From Trichoplax adhaerens (Eukaryota; Animalia; Placozoa), in NCBI RefSeq assembly GCF_000150275.1, contig NW_002061087.1, positions 1 through 9,425 on the forward strand: a stretch of 9,425 bases of DNA. The letters are read 5' to 3'. Below, in pieces: positions 1 to 9,192 of this stretch. Positions within the stretch are counted from its first letter, which is position 1. The number at the start of each line of letters is the position of its first letter. Made by a program: the position numbers and the translations under genes. The notes under the pieces were generated by a model. The model did no database searches, was not told where the DNA came from, and saw only the letters and a list, made by a program, of their open reading frames with translations.

Positions 1-617
1 ATTATCTCACTACTAGATAGAAAATTTAGCGTAGAATTGTGATAATAAAGTATCGCCTTATATTGCAATATTTTTTTCATGTATCTACTTATAAGTAAGG
101 AATTCTTTTATTATATTATTAATAATACAGAGATCAATAGATTTAATTACCTATGATATTAATCCCAGTAGCTACATAAATAATAAAGAAAAGACATATA
201 TCTTCTTCTTCCCCAGAATTTAATTTAAGGCTAATGAGATACATGCAATTAGTAAATTTAAAATCATTTCAAGAGATGGAATTTTCTTTTATCTAAAGTT
301 GAGTAAAAATTATAATGCAAAAGAAGTAGATAAAAAAATATCAGTTCTTTGCTGTCTGTAAATTCTAAATTACTATTGGTAAAGAAGCTGTTAGATAAGC
401 TGTCGTTGTCAACATGTTATGTAAAAATAAATTAGATATAATTTAAAAATAATATCAAAATCTGGGGCTGTTGACAATTAAAGGTGTAATATATGTAATA
501 TTTGCAATAGTTCGAGTATATTGATTTCTGCTTTACAGAATGTAATACTAATTGTAATTAAAGAATTTTATTCTCATGCTAAGTTCTGTAAGTCTTAATT
601 GATGTTGTTTGCAATCG

Positions 618-811
618 TTATACTGTAATAAAGTTAGATGACGTATTTAAGCAGCTATGCTTTTCTGTTACTGTTGTTCTAGCCCTTTTTTCTAAGATCT
701 GCTGTTGTAAGAAGTTTTCCTTGTCTGTCAGAGCTGTTATATTGTTACGTAGTATCGCAATCGGTATAGAATCAGTAATAAAATCTGCTATTATGAAATT
801 ACTTGTATGAT
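618..811 (-). CDS. Possible terminal exon of a divergently oriented gene (HTSNFIIADFITDSIPIAILRNNITALTDKENFLQQQILEKRARTTVTEKHSCLNTSSNFITV*), product unknown
   Basis: On the minus strand: TACTAAC (828-834), tttag acceptor, 63 open codons to TAA (618-620) and AATAAA at 567-572. No phase-compatible upstream exon was identified. Confidence 0.3.
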
Positions 812-1909
812 CTAAACGCTAATTACAGTTAGTACGACAGGTTTTGTCACACTATTCTAGCAAGGAGAAGACCATCTGCTTGATATTACCAATAAATTTT
901 GTGCTAGTTTAACATTCAATGTGATTATACTGCAATAATAAAAATCATTTATGTATTTCATTTGTTTAAATAAGGATAAGGGCGGATCGAGTTCTAAAAG
1001 TATCGATTTCGTAACTTACTTCCGATGAGCCATTAATTGCTACTTTATGGATAGTTCATATATCAACCTTTCAAACTGCTTTGTAATACTGGTATTACTC
1101 ATCATTTTTTTTTGATTTCTGACAGTAATCTTTGCACATTAAAGATTCTGGCTAATCAATATTTGCACTGAAAATAATAAAAAGGTATTCACTTATAATT
1201 TAATCGAACGTTATCTTTTTTCTTTATTGTTCTTATGCAATGTATAGTAATCTGACAAAGTAAGGATAACGACGCTATATCCTGTTTTTACTGCATTAGA
1301 CGTCGATAGAAAAATTTTACTTCAGATTCTTAGTAATTTATGTAGATTAATAACTTTATAGCGTCATTTTCTTAAGATTACATTATTATACACATTGTCA
1401 TTGTATGTGTGACTACTTAGACAGTAGAAAATGAAATCTAAGTAATAAAAATATTACTGAAATCTAAAACTCGTTAAAATTAAAGTGGAGCAAAGTTTAC
1501 AGCAGTGAGATGCTCCAGATACACAAACTTGATATCGTAGATAAGACAAAGCCCGCGTTTATTTCAGTAATACGGCTGCTAAATTATTGCTATAATTCCC
1601 ATGTTGGACTAATTAACTGAAATGTTATCATGATTTAGTATTACATCATAATTTTTACTGTTTGGGATAAAGGTATTCAATTTTAAAGAATGTAATGATG
1701 ATAGCATTGAAAATGTTGAAAATATTGCTTATAAAGAATTGAATAGTCCAATTAATGACAATAATTTTAAAGTTGAATTGATAAAAATATCATTGGTTGC
1801 CTTCTTTCTCTAAGATAGACCACTCTGAATATTTCGTATAAATAGCAGGAGTATTGGATGAAGACACACCTCTTCTTCGATCCTAGGCTACATCATTCGA
1901 ATTGCAAAA

Positions 1910-1991
1910 ATGATGATAAAGAAAATACCTGCAATAGCTAAATTTCACCTTTCTCTCTGTATTTTCTTGGCATATTTATGCAGTACGTATA
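1910..1991 (+). CDS. Probable first coding exon, signal peptide MMIKKIPAIAKFHLSLCIFLAYLCSTY
   Basis: AAAA-ATG context, basic n-region, hydrophobic h-region and small polar c-region. Ends in a phase-1 donor A|GTAAGA (alternative phase-1 donor GTACGT at 1983) that joins in frame to the LDLa exon. Confidence 0.7.
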
Positions 1992-2130
1992 GTAAGATTT
2001 GTTGCATGTAATTTCTAGAACAAACATATTTCTAAATTAATAGGATTAATATTAATATTTAGCATCTTACCAACACTCACCTTTAATTTAAGAAACATTC
2101 CATTAAATTAACATCAATTTATCCCCATAG

Positions 2131-2238
2131 ATAGCAATGCTGTTTTATGCGGTTTCGGATATCAGCCCAGATATAAGCTTTGGCAACGCTGTGATTGCAA
2201 ATGGGATTGCCCCAATAAGTACGATGAGTTGCGATGCG
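2131..2238 (+). CDS. LDL-receptor class A (LDLa) module exon: (N)SNAVLCGFGYQPRYKLWQRCDCKWDCPNKYDELRC
   Basis: ccccatag acceptor and G|GTAAAT donor define a 108-nt phase 1-1 exon. It contains the C-D-x3-D-C-x4-D-E-x2-C signature of LDLa repeats. Confidence 0.88.
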
Positions 2239-2312
2239 GTAAATAATACATAATAGTAATGATAACAGCTTAGTGCAAAATTTATTTTAAATCTTTATTA
2301 AATATATTCTAG

Positions 2313-2382
2313 TTTTCAAGCGGTATAAAACTTCAATTTTAATATCATCTAAGCTGCATTACAAGATTCAGGTGCAATTTAG
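2313..2382 (+). CDS. Candidate exon (V)FKRYKTSILISSKLHYKIQVQFR, CUB-like beta strands
   Basis: ttctag acceptor after a 74-nt intron, phase-compatible with the LDLa exon, with an open frame. I-x6-K-I-x-V-x-F resembles the CUB pattern. The donor is ambiguous (CAG|GTGCAA after 2371 or AG|GTCATA after 2382). Confidence 0.55.
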
Positions 2383-2490
2383 GTCATAGAAAAGCTATGT
2401 TTTTAATATTACATAATTTGATTTCGAAAACCACATACATTTCATATTACGATTTTGCTTTAAAAGGAATTGAAAAATAATTCTGTTACA

Positions 2491-2503
2491 AACCGCGGCT
2501 TTC
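2491..2503 (+). repeat. 13-bp exact dispersed repeat AACCGCGGCTTTC (second copy at 5261-5273)
   Basis: Direct sequence identity; 8 of 13 bases are G/C in a roughly 30% GC background. Confidence 0.8.
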
Positions 2504-2538
2504 AACAAATAGTAAAGCTTAAGGAAAATTTTTATTAG

Positions 2539-2623
2539 GATTGAAAGCTTCTTTATTTGCAAAGAGAAGACAATAATGACTACTAGTAATCAATCATGGA
2601 CATCATTTCATAGTTATTCTGAA
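2539..2623 (+). CDS. Candidate exon IESFFICKEKTIMTTSNQSWTSFHSYSE
   Basis: tttattag acceptor, phase 2, compatible with the 2382 donor to give KIQVQFRIESFFIC. The 3' boundary is uncertain. Confidence 0.35.
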
Positions 2624-3256
2624 GTAGATAAGAACTAAAATAGATCATAGCGAGGTGTCCAATTAACGACTCATCCAAAATGTTTCAAAGCGATCTCGCA
2701 TTATTCTGATCTAATATCGTTAATTGCATAAAACATAAAAGAAATGTTTGGTAGCCGAAATGTAATTTCAGATTAAACTCTTATAAGTAAATTAAATAAG
2801 AAATACAATATCGACAGTGTATAATACGTAGCATCATACTATACCGTAAAAAGTTCTATTCTATTCACTTCTCTCAGTGTAAGGTATATAAAAAGGGACA
2901 AATCCACGAACTCAACAATTAAAAGAACTTTATTATAATTATGTATGTAGCAAAGAAAATATAGCAATTTGTTATTGCTTTTAACTCTTCTTATCTGAAT
3001 TTGAAGATTTCCTACCCTTTTTTATCTTTTCGTAACTATGTCACTTCCGTAAACATGTCTATAAAAGTTTCCGAGTTACTACCTTATATTTCTTTCGATA
3101 CTATTTCCTAACATTTAAACTATTTTATTAAAGGAACTTCTTTGTTGCAATTGTTATATTCTGTAGCTGTTTCTTTTTTTGATAAGTGATCACTAGTTAT
3201 ATAATGTTCTTGATAGTTGTAATATAGTAGCCTATTAGTATGAGGCTATTTTATAG

Positions 3257-3360
3257 AATCTGTTATAATAGTTCAGCTTGGTAGTAAGATTCACTGGCAA
3301 ACTTATTATACTTTAACCACAGTTAAAATTCCGCTCACCATAAAATTTATGCCTATACTA
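3257..3360 (+). CDS. Candidate CUB-like exon SVIIVQLGSKIHWQTYYTLTTVKIPLTIKFMPIL
   Basis: ttttatag acceptor, consensus GTAAGT donor at 3361 and 34 open codons. I-x-V-x-x-G-x-K-I resembles a CUB strand. Confidence 0.5.
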
Positions 3361-3417
3361 GTAAGTTATAGAATAAGTATAAAATTAGTTCTTAGATGAA
3401 TTATTCTCTTTTTTTAG

Positions 3418-3462
3418 ATAATAACTATTGATAAAGGACAGAATTATTTCGAAATATTTACA
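3418..3462 (+). CDS. Candidate exon IITIDKGQNYFEIFT
   Basis: Strong polypyrimidine acceptor (ctctttttttag), phase 0 matching the previous donor across a 57-nt intron. NYFEIF resembles the CUB DYLEIY strand. The donor (GTATTA) is uncertain. Confidence 0.4.
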
Positions 3463-4115
3463 GTATTAACTAAATCTGCGAGATACTATTTGCCGCTGTG
3501 ATATATACCAATCGCGAAATTCCAAATTTTAGAAAAATAACGGCTTTATTGAATCTTATACAAAGATTAACTACACACAGCTCTACTCTAGCCGAATACT
3601 GCTATTAAAGACTTCTAGAACGAACTAACAGCATAATCTAAAGCTGCATGTTTTTATACTTTTCGTAGCATTCGCGGCTACAATCCGCAATGCAACCTTT
3701 TACCTAATATTACGTATACTTAAATTATTCTTAGTAACACAATTCTACTGCGGACCATCATTAATCCAACATGGATACGACTACAGTACTTACGTAGACA
3801 TTATTCATACCAGCCAAAGTACAATGAATTAACCATATCCTAATATATGATTTACAGTTCTATTTTAACCTAAAGCCTCATTAGTAACTCAACACTTTAC
3901 TGTATATAGTCATCTGTACTCTAGCATAGAGTCTATACCACTACAGTCTATAGCTATGGCTACCAAATATCTCTTAGGATAAATATCTACCGTACATTAT
4001 ACTAAACATGGCTAACAGCCTACAATCACAATACTAGTTACATTACAGACGTAAAAAAGCATTAATCATAATTCCTTATTACCGCATCGTATGAAAAATA
4101 TCCTCGGAATTCTAG

Positions 4116-4174
4116 CAAAGAAATCTATTCCGTCAAGAATAACTCTTTAAATTACGAATACGAATTTATTACAG
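4116..4174 (+). CDS. Candidate linker exon KEIYSVKNNSLNYEYEFIT
   Basis: Strong CAG|GTATGG phase-1 donor that joins in frame to the 4292 exon. The 5' boundary is uncertain. Confidence 0.35.
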
Positions 4175-4291
4175 GTATGGCCGATAGATATTAAAGTAAT
4201 GATATCGAAAGTGATGAAATAAGAATCAAATGTACTTTCAATGCATTCCAAAATAGCATACTTATGAATCTTTACATTTTGAAATAATTAG

Positions 4292-4375
4292 TTGAAAAAA
4301 TAATCGATTGTCCATTGTGGGGGCCAAATGGAACTTTATCTAGCGTGTTGTCAAAAGCACCTGAAAGGAACAGTA
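4292..4375 (+). CDS. Exon (V)EKIIDCPLWGPNGTLSSVLSKAPERNS, resembling the start of a CUB domain
   Basis: 84-nt phase 1-1 exon with tag acceptor and GTAAGT donor, locally GC-elevated. C-x-L-x-G-x-x-G-T-L-S-S matches the CUB N-terminal pattern, and it has an NGT sequon. Confidence 0.65.
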
Positions 4376-4622
4376 GTAAGTAGAACTGAAAAGTAAGCCA
4401 ACTTCTTTTATCAAGTATGGTAAATCCATAACTGTTAATGGAGGTTTTCTAAGATATTGCTATTCGTAAAGTAAAACTACAATTGATAAAGTAGAAATAG
4501 TATTTCATTTCTATGTAATCTGATTACCTTTTAACTACTAATGATGCTTTGGTATTAAGCATAGTGTCACAAACCAGCTTCGAGACAATGATGATGTAAA
4601 ACAAATCTTTAAATTATTATAG

Positions 4623-4681
4623 TCTCCGGGATTCAGTATCACTTAACTATCTCACAAGAATTAAGACGCTTTTACTTCTTC
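4623..4681 (+). CDS. Candidate exon (I)SGIQYHLTISQELRRFYFF
   Basis: ttatag acceptor, phase 1 compatible with the 4375 donor, alternating hydrophobic strand pattern. The donor (GTTAGA) is weak. Confidence 0.4.
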
Positions 4682-5207
4682 GTTAGACAATTATAGAACT
4701 CTCTTTTATTCAACTATCTGCCTAGGTTAAATACCCTTCTGCAGCTGCTATCATGCATGAGCCATAACAGTTCATGAAATTTAGTTCATAAGCAAGATAG
4801 CCCTATATAGGGACACACATAATGACCGGTATAAGAGAGTCGGATTTAGCAATGTCCATTTATAGCACATTTTTTCCATGACGTACAGTCTATTAACAAG
4901 TTTTCATAATCATAATAGGTCGGAATGTAATTAGGCTAATCTCAACTATCTTACATAATTATTAGCTTCAGTGCTACAATTCATAAGAAGCAAGTGTTTT
5001 ATTGGTACTCAACATATCTAAATTAGAAATTGTCCCTATAAGATTAAACTAAACAAAATTATCCTACCTTTAACGTTATCATTGTAATACTTTACTGTAA
5101 ACTAATTCTATAACAGAATGTAGTTTTTCTCGATATAGACGGATATTAAGAAATTATTTCATTAGATTAATACTTAATTGACTAATTTTATGTATCTCGT
5201 CATTTAG

Positions 5208-5316
5208 TTGAAGTGCCATGCCTCAAGCAATGTCAATGCAGTGATTTAAGGATGAACTGTAACCGCGGCTTTCTATACAAAATGTTTAATCGAGTTATAT
5301 TGCCTTATAGTACCAT
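5208..5316 (+). CDS. LRR N-terminal cap (LRRNT) exon EVPCLKQCQCSDLRMNCNRGFLYKMFNRVILPYST
   Basis: catttag acceptor and AT|GTACGT phase-2 donor. C-x3-C-x-C-x6-C-x4-L...LP-x-S-T is the LRRNT consensus. The phase-2 end matches the LRR exons. Confidence 0.85.
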
Positions 5317-5573
5317 GTACGTTTAGTTTAAGACTCATCGATTAAATATAAGATAACCGAATTAGCGAACTTGGAATTACAGAATTCATGCTAACGATGA
5401 ATAAAAATCTACTGCTATTTACACAAGATCGAATTATAAACAGAAAATAGCATAATTTTTAAATGAATTTAATAATGTTACTAATTGTTATTGAAATAGA
5501 ATCTAGTGAATAAGTAGAAATTTTGTAAATGTCAACAATTTCTTATTAATTTAATCACGTTCTTTTAATTTAG

Positions 5574-5661
5574 ATTGTTCGAAATTAACGAATTTAAAAT
5601 ATTTCCGATAGACACCGTAATTTCTCAACCGTGGATACGCTCAATGCAAGTTACAATATTA
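5574..5661 (+). CDS. Candidate divergent first LRR exon LFEINEFKIFPIDTVISQPWIRSMQVTIL
   Basis: ttttaatttag acceptor, phase 2, with the same x-[LFI]-x-x-N-x-[FLI] register as the clear LRR exons. The best donor (TTA|GTAAAG) is phase 0, one base off the expected phase. Confidence 0.35.
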
Positions 5662-6757
5662 GTAAAGATATATTACATAGGATTATATAATTATAAATGT
5701 TTGACTGATATAATTTCTTGGAAAGAATAGGGAATAACTTCAGATTATTTTTTGATAGCAATTGGTTACAATAATATCTTAGTCGCCTACATATTAGTTT
5801 AGAGCTTGATTCCTGCTCATAATAATTCATAGACCACAATATCGTCTTAACAACGGCTAAAAAAAGTTGATAGATTCTAAGCAATCAACTAAGGATTCAT
5901 TTTACCAGTTAACAAAATAAATAGAAATGTATGATCTGGTATACTCGTATTACTATAAATTTGTAAATACATTTAAAATATAGAGAAAAAATAATTTGAT
6001 ATCTAGTTCTAAATGACTTATGCAACGACCAGTAAGCAATGACACATTCTTAGTAACATAATTTAACCTCAACGATGCATCTTTCTGGTAGTTCATATTT
6101 ACTATATGACTGTGCGCTCTTAGATCAAAGACATAAATAGGTCATTATTACTTGCTAATTAGATATAGCAGCGGCTAACTGTAGCTTCTTAACCTTACGT
6201 GAATAGTTAGATAACTTAGTAATGGTAAATAAAATATACTGTTCTTAATAGTCAGAATGAAGTAATTTAGAAAAGAATTTTGTAATCTTGAGAAATACTT
6301 CAAATTCTCAAATGAAAAAATTCAACTTGGAATATTACAAATGCGCATACCAATAATTGTTTGAATGCAATTCAATTCAGATTTTGCCACAATATACAGG
6401 AATTAATTCTAGTATCATTCAATAGTGACATAGCTAGAACTTACTGATAGTATTAAAGCAGTGTTATATTAACGAAATTCTATAACTTACGTCAATGTGA
6501 GGCTATGGATAGTAGCAAGTTGCTGATATAAATAACAAGGAGTTATGATTTCATCGATGATCAAAAAGTCCTGAAGCTATATATGTAATTACCACATTTT
6601 CGAAAATCTTCTACTTTGTAAGAAGAAAAATTAGCTAGAAATCTTTAGACGAATTCAGTAAAGCTGGAGTGATTAACTAAACCTTTATTGCTTTTACTCA
6701 GCTGATATACAGTTAACCAATGCTAATGGCATACTAACAATGTATTATAAATACCAG

Positions 6758-6878
6758 CGATAGCAATGACCTTCTCATAATTAAGATTACGACAAATGAA
6801 TTACAGCGAGTTATAAAGTATCAGGACAATGCTATTAGGCAAATGACTTACCTATTACCTCTTAGAATTTATGCGCAA
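6758..6878 (+). CDS. Candidate exon DSNDLLIIKITTNELQRVIKYQDNAIRQMTYLLPLRIYAQ (unclassified; divergent LRR- or CUB-like)
   Basis: TACTAAC branch-site match at 6732-6738 followed by a ccag acceptor, 40 open codons and a GTAAAT donor. Confidence 0.3.
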
Positions 6879-7024
6879 GTAAATATACTACAATAGTCGA
6901 AACTCAATATGTTCAGTTACAATGAGTTATGAAAATATGGATCATGAAATTTCAAAAAGTCTTTTAGTAAATTAAAATTTTGTTTAATTACTGCTCTAAA
7001 TATACTAAAAGTAGCTCTATTTAG

Positions 7025-7112
7025 CTGAATAAAACTACTGGAAAGACGTTAGAAAGAATCACTGAATTATCTAGCTACGCTAAGTTTGGCAATATTGCAT
7101 CCAATCTCACAT
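7025..7112 (+). CDS. Candidate exon LNKTTGKTLERITELSSYAKFGNIASNLT (unclassified)
   Basis: tttag acceptor, phase 0 compatible with the 6878 donor. ITELSSYAKFGNI weakly resembles an LRR. The donor is uncertain. Confidence 0.3.
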
Positions 7113-7738
7113 GTAATCAAATTATAATTTTTAGCAACATAAATATATTACCTTTCCCGACGAGCTACAGTAGTATAATGAATTATTCATAATTTAACAT
7201 ATCAGTTAAGTACATATTTTTATATTGAAGATCAATACTACCTCAACACCCTATAATATATGAATATATTCATCTATAATCTACTATGGAATCTTCATTT
7301 TCTGATCAGGGGCAACTAAATGTGCTCTACAATGGGTTTTTTAAACTATGATACAGCACATGTAGAATCTGATACTAAGCCGGTTTGCATGAGCTTGTAT
7401 CTTAGAAACTGTATCGAAATTAATTGACGAATATCTTATTTTGAATACCTTCTCCAAAGAAATTATTTCTACTTTCAATCTAATCAAACATAACATTCAA
7501 ATACATAACATTTATTGCATTTAAATTGGATAAAGTATCGACATTCGCAGAAACAGCTTTAAATATATTTGTATACTATATACTGCAATAAAAATGTGTT
7601 AACTTTAATAGCAATTCCTAGTGTATAAGTTTCTGATTATGACAAGTCGAAAGTCCCACTTCCTGATAACTGTTAAAAATTTAAATTTTGTTAATTTTTA
7701 TCTTCTATGTTTGTGAAATTTTTGCCATTTGCCTAAAG

Positions 7739-7816
7739 AGAGTTGAGTAATAATGATATTACTAGTGAGAAAATTTCGTCGAAAATATTGAGAAATCTCC
7801 CTAATTTGCATGCTTT
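7739..7816 (+). CDS. LRR exon ELSNNDITSEKISSKILRNLPNLHAL (26 aa)
   Basis: 78 nt, phase 2-2, aag acceptor, TT|GTAAGT donor, LxxNxI...LxxLxxL pattern. Confidence 0.88.
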
Positions 7817-7933
7817 GTAAGTATTGTTATGGATAAGAAGATGAAATAACGGATATTTTATATAAGGATATTGGCACTATTTTGGGGAAATGTAGTTAAT
7901 TGAAAAAATTTTATAATTTGCGTTCTTTAAAAG

Positions 7934-8005
7934 GCTAATTAGGCAAAACCATTTGACAGTTGTTCGCAACAATACTTTTAAAAATTTAAGAAACTTAGAA
8001 TACTT
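7934..8005 (+). CDS. LRR exon LIRQNHLTVVRNNTFKNLRNLEYL
   Basis: 72 nt, phase 2-2, TT|GTAAGT donor, typical-type LRR consensus. Confidence 0.93.
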
Positions 8006-8214
8006 GTAAGTTCGAAAGACTTCGCTTGATACTCAAGTTTCCATCGCATGTACTCAATAACTTCATTTACGGTAGATAAATATGTATTTGCAAACTAAGC
8101 TTATGTCTAGAAGAGCTGGTTGATCATAAATAGTATTCTGGATACCTAGATGTTTAATATTTTGTTTATGCAGATTTTATTAATAAAAAAATATGGCTGC
8201 TTTAAAACTTTTAG

Positions 8215-8286
8215 AAACCTGACTACCAATATAATTACAGTCGTCGAAGAAGATGCCTTCGCTGGATTAGAAAATTTGCGACTCTT
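8215..8286 (+). CDS. LRR exon NLTTNIITVVEEDAFAGLENLRLL
   Basis: 72 nt, phase 2-2, ttttag acceptor, GTAGGA donor, classic AFxGLxNLxxL motif. Confidence 0.95.
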
Positions 8287-8392
8287 GTAGGATAATATAT
8301 TAAATTTTATAATCAGAAACTCAATAAAGGAATATTCTGCGTTTATAAAATCAACTAATTATTGATACTCTTTGTTATTTTGACTTACATAG

Positions 8393-8464
8393 GGCTCTAG
8401 TTTATAATAATATATATCACATTCCGAAAAATGCATTCGCTCCACTAGGAAACTTGCTCTATCT
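8393..8464 (+). CDS. LRR exon ALVYNNIYHIPKNAFAPLGNLLYL
   Basis: 72 nt, phase 2-2, catag acceptor, GTAACA donor, NxIxxIPxxAFxxLxxLxxL motif. Confidence 0.95.
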
Positions 8465-8718
8465 GTAACACTATAATTTGTCTACTTTTTTGATAACGAG
8501 TTGTTGATTAAACTTTGAATCGTGATATAAATTACTAAAGCGGTCATGATGTTCGTTAATTTGAGAGTAATATACTGTACTTTAGCTAATTAATTATAGT
8601 AGATGTTAATCTTAGCATTAATCTGCCAAGTGTGAAATGCAATACATAGTAGAAGTAGCACTAAATAAAAAAATTTTTAGATTCTCCATTTAATGTAGTT
8701 TTTTCGGAATCTTTATAG

Positions 8719-8790
8719 ACTTATCCAGCACAATTATGTCCGATACCTGCATCCAGATACATTCAAATCTTTGACTAATTTGAAGATTTT
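8719..8790 (+). CDS. LRR exon LIQHNYVRYLHPDTFKSLTNLKIL
   Basis: 72 nt, phase 2-2, tttatag acceptor, GTAAGA donor. Confidence 0.95.
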
Positions 8791-8968
8791 GTAAGATGAA
8801 ATTTTACATTATACTAGTATTATGCCAATGAAATCGTGTTCATGATCGTAAAAATTTTGATCTAATAAATAAAGGAATTGCAAGTTTGCTCTTTAATGAC
8901 AAATAATAACACTGAATATTATAGAAAAAAATATCTTACTTTGATTGGCGTTTCCTTAATTTAATCAG

Positions 8969-9040
8969 GGATTTTTCAAATATGTTGCTACGAGAAATAC
9001 AAAACAATACATTTTCATCATTAAAAAATTTAGACTTTTT
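8969..9040 (+). CDS. LRR exon DFSNMLLREIQNNTFSSLKNLDFL
   Basis: 72 nt, phase 2-2, atcag acceptor, GTAAGT donor. Confidence 0.93.
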
Positions 9041-9192
9041 GTAAGTTTAAATAGATCCACTTATGAATTTACAAATAGCCAGGTTATACGCATATTCTGG
9101 TTATGTTAAAGCTGCGATGATATTCTGTATTTATTTGAGTGTCTTACATTTATTGCTTCCAAATATTTGTAATCCTTTTCATGAAATTATAG

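Noticed and set aside
980-985. GGGCGG GC-box
   Set aside because: A single hexamer about 930 nt upstream of the ATG with no TSS evidence.
1820-2098. Minus-strand spliced mini-gene MFLKLK|KYVCSRNYMQQILLYVLHKYAKKIQRER|IEEE...
   Set aside because: Requires a 49-nt intron, has no domain match and overlaps the better-supported plus-strand signal-peptide exon.
3553-4386. Alternative genetic code (TAA/TAG = Gln), suggested by a long plus frame lacking TGA
   Set aside because: TAA/TAG density in that frame is about what base composition predicts, and the strand is G-poor. The confident LDLa, LRRNT and LRR exons use only CAA/CAG for Gln and have no in-frame TAR.
5651-5884. The supplied 77-aa minus-strand ORF
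   Set aside because: No recognisable motif; I/L/N/Y/K-rich as expected from AT-rich non-coding DNA; antisense within the receptor gene; appears to rely on a non-ATG start.
6199-6570. Minus-strand GTAAG donors near 6198, 6444 and 6490 suggesting a nested antisense gene
   Set aside because: The adjacent segments could not be joined into a stop-free, phase-consistent reading frame.
7488-7512. Short direct repeat ACATAACATT x2 and similar AT-rich micro-repeats
   Set aside because: Low-complexity and expected by chance or slippage. No terminal inverted repeats or target-site duplications indicate a transposon.
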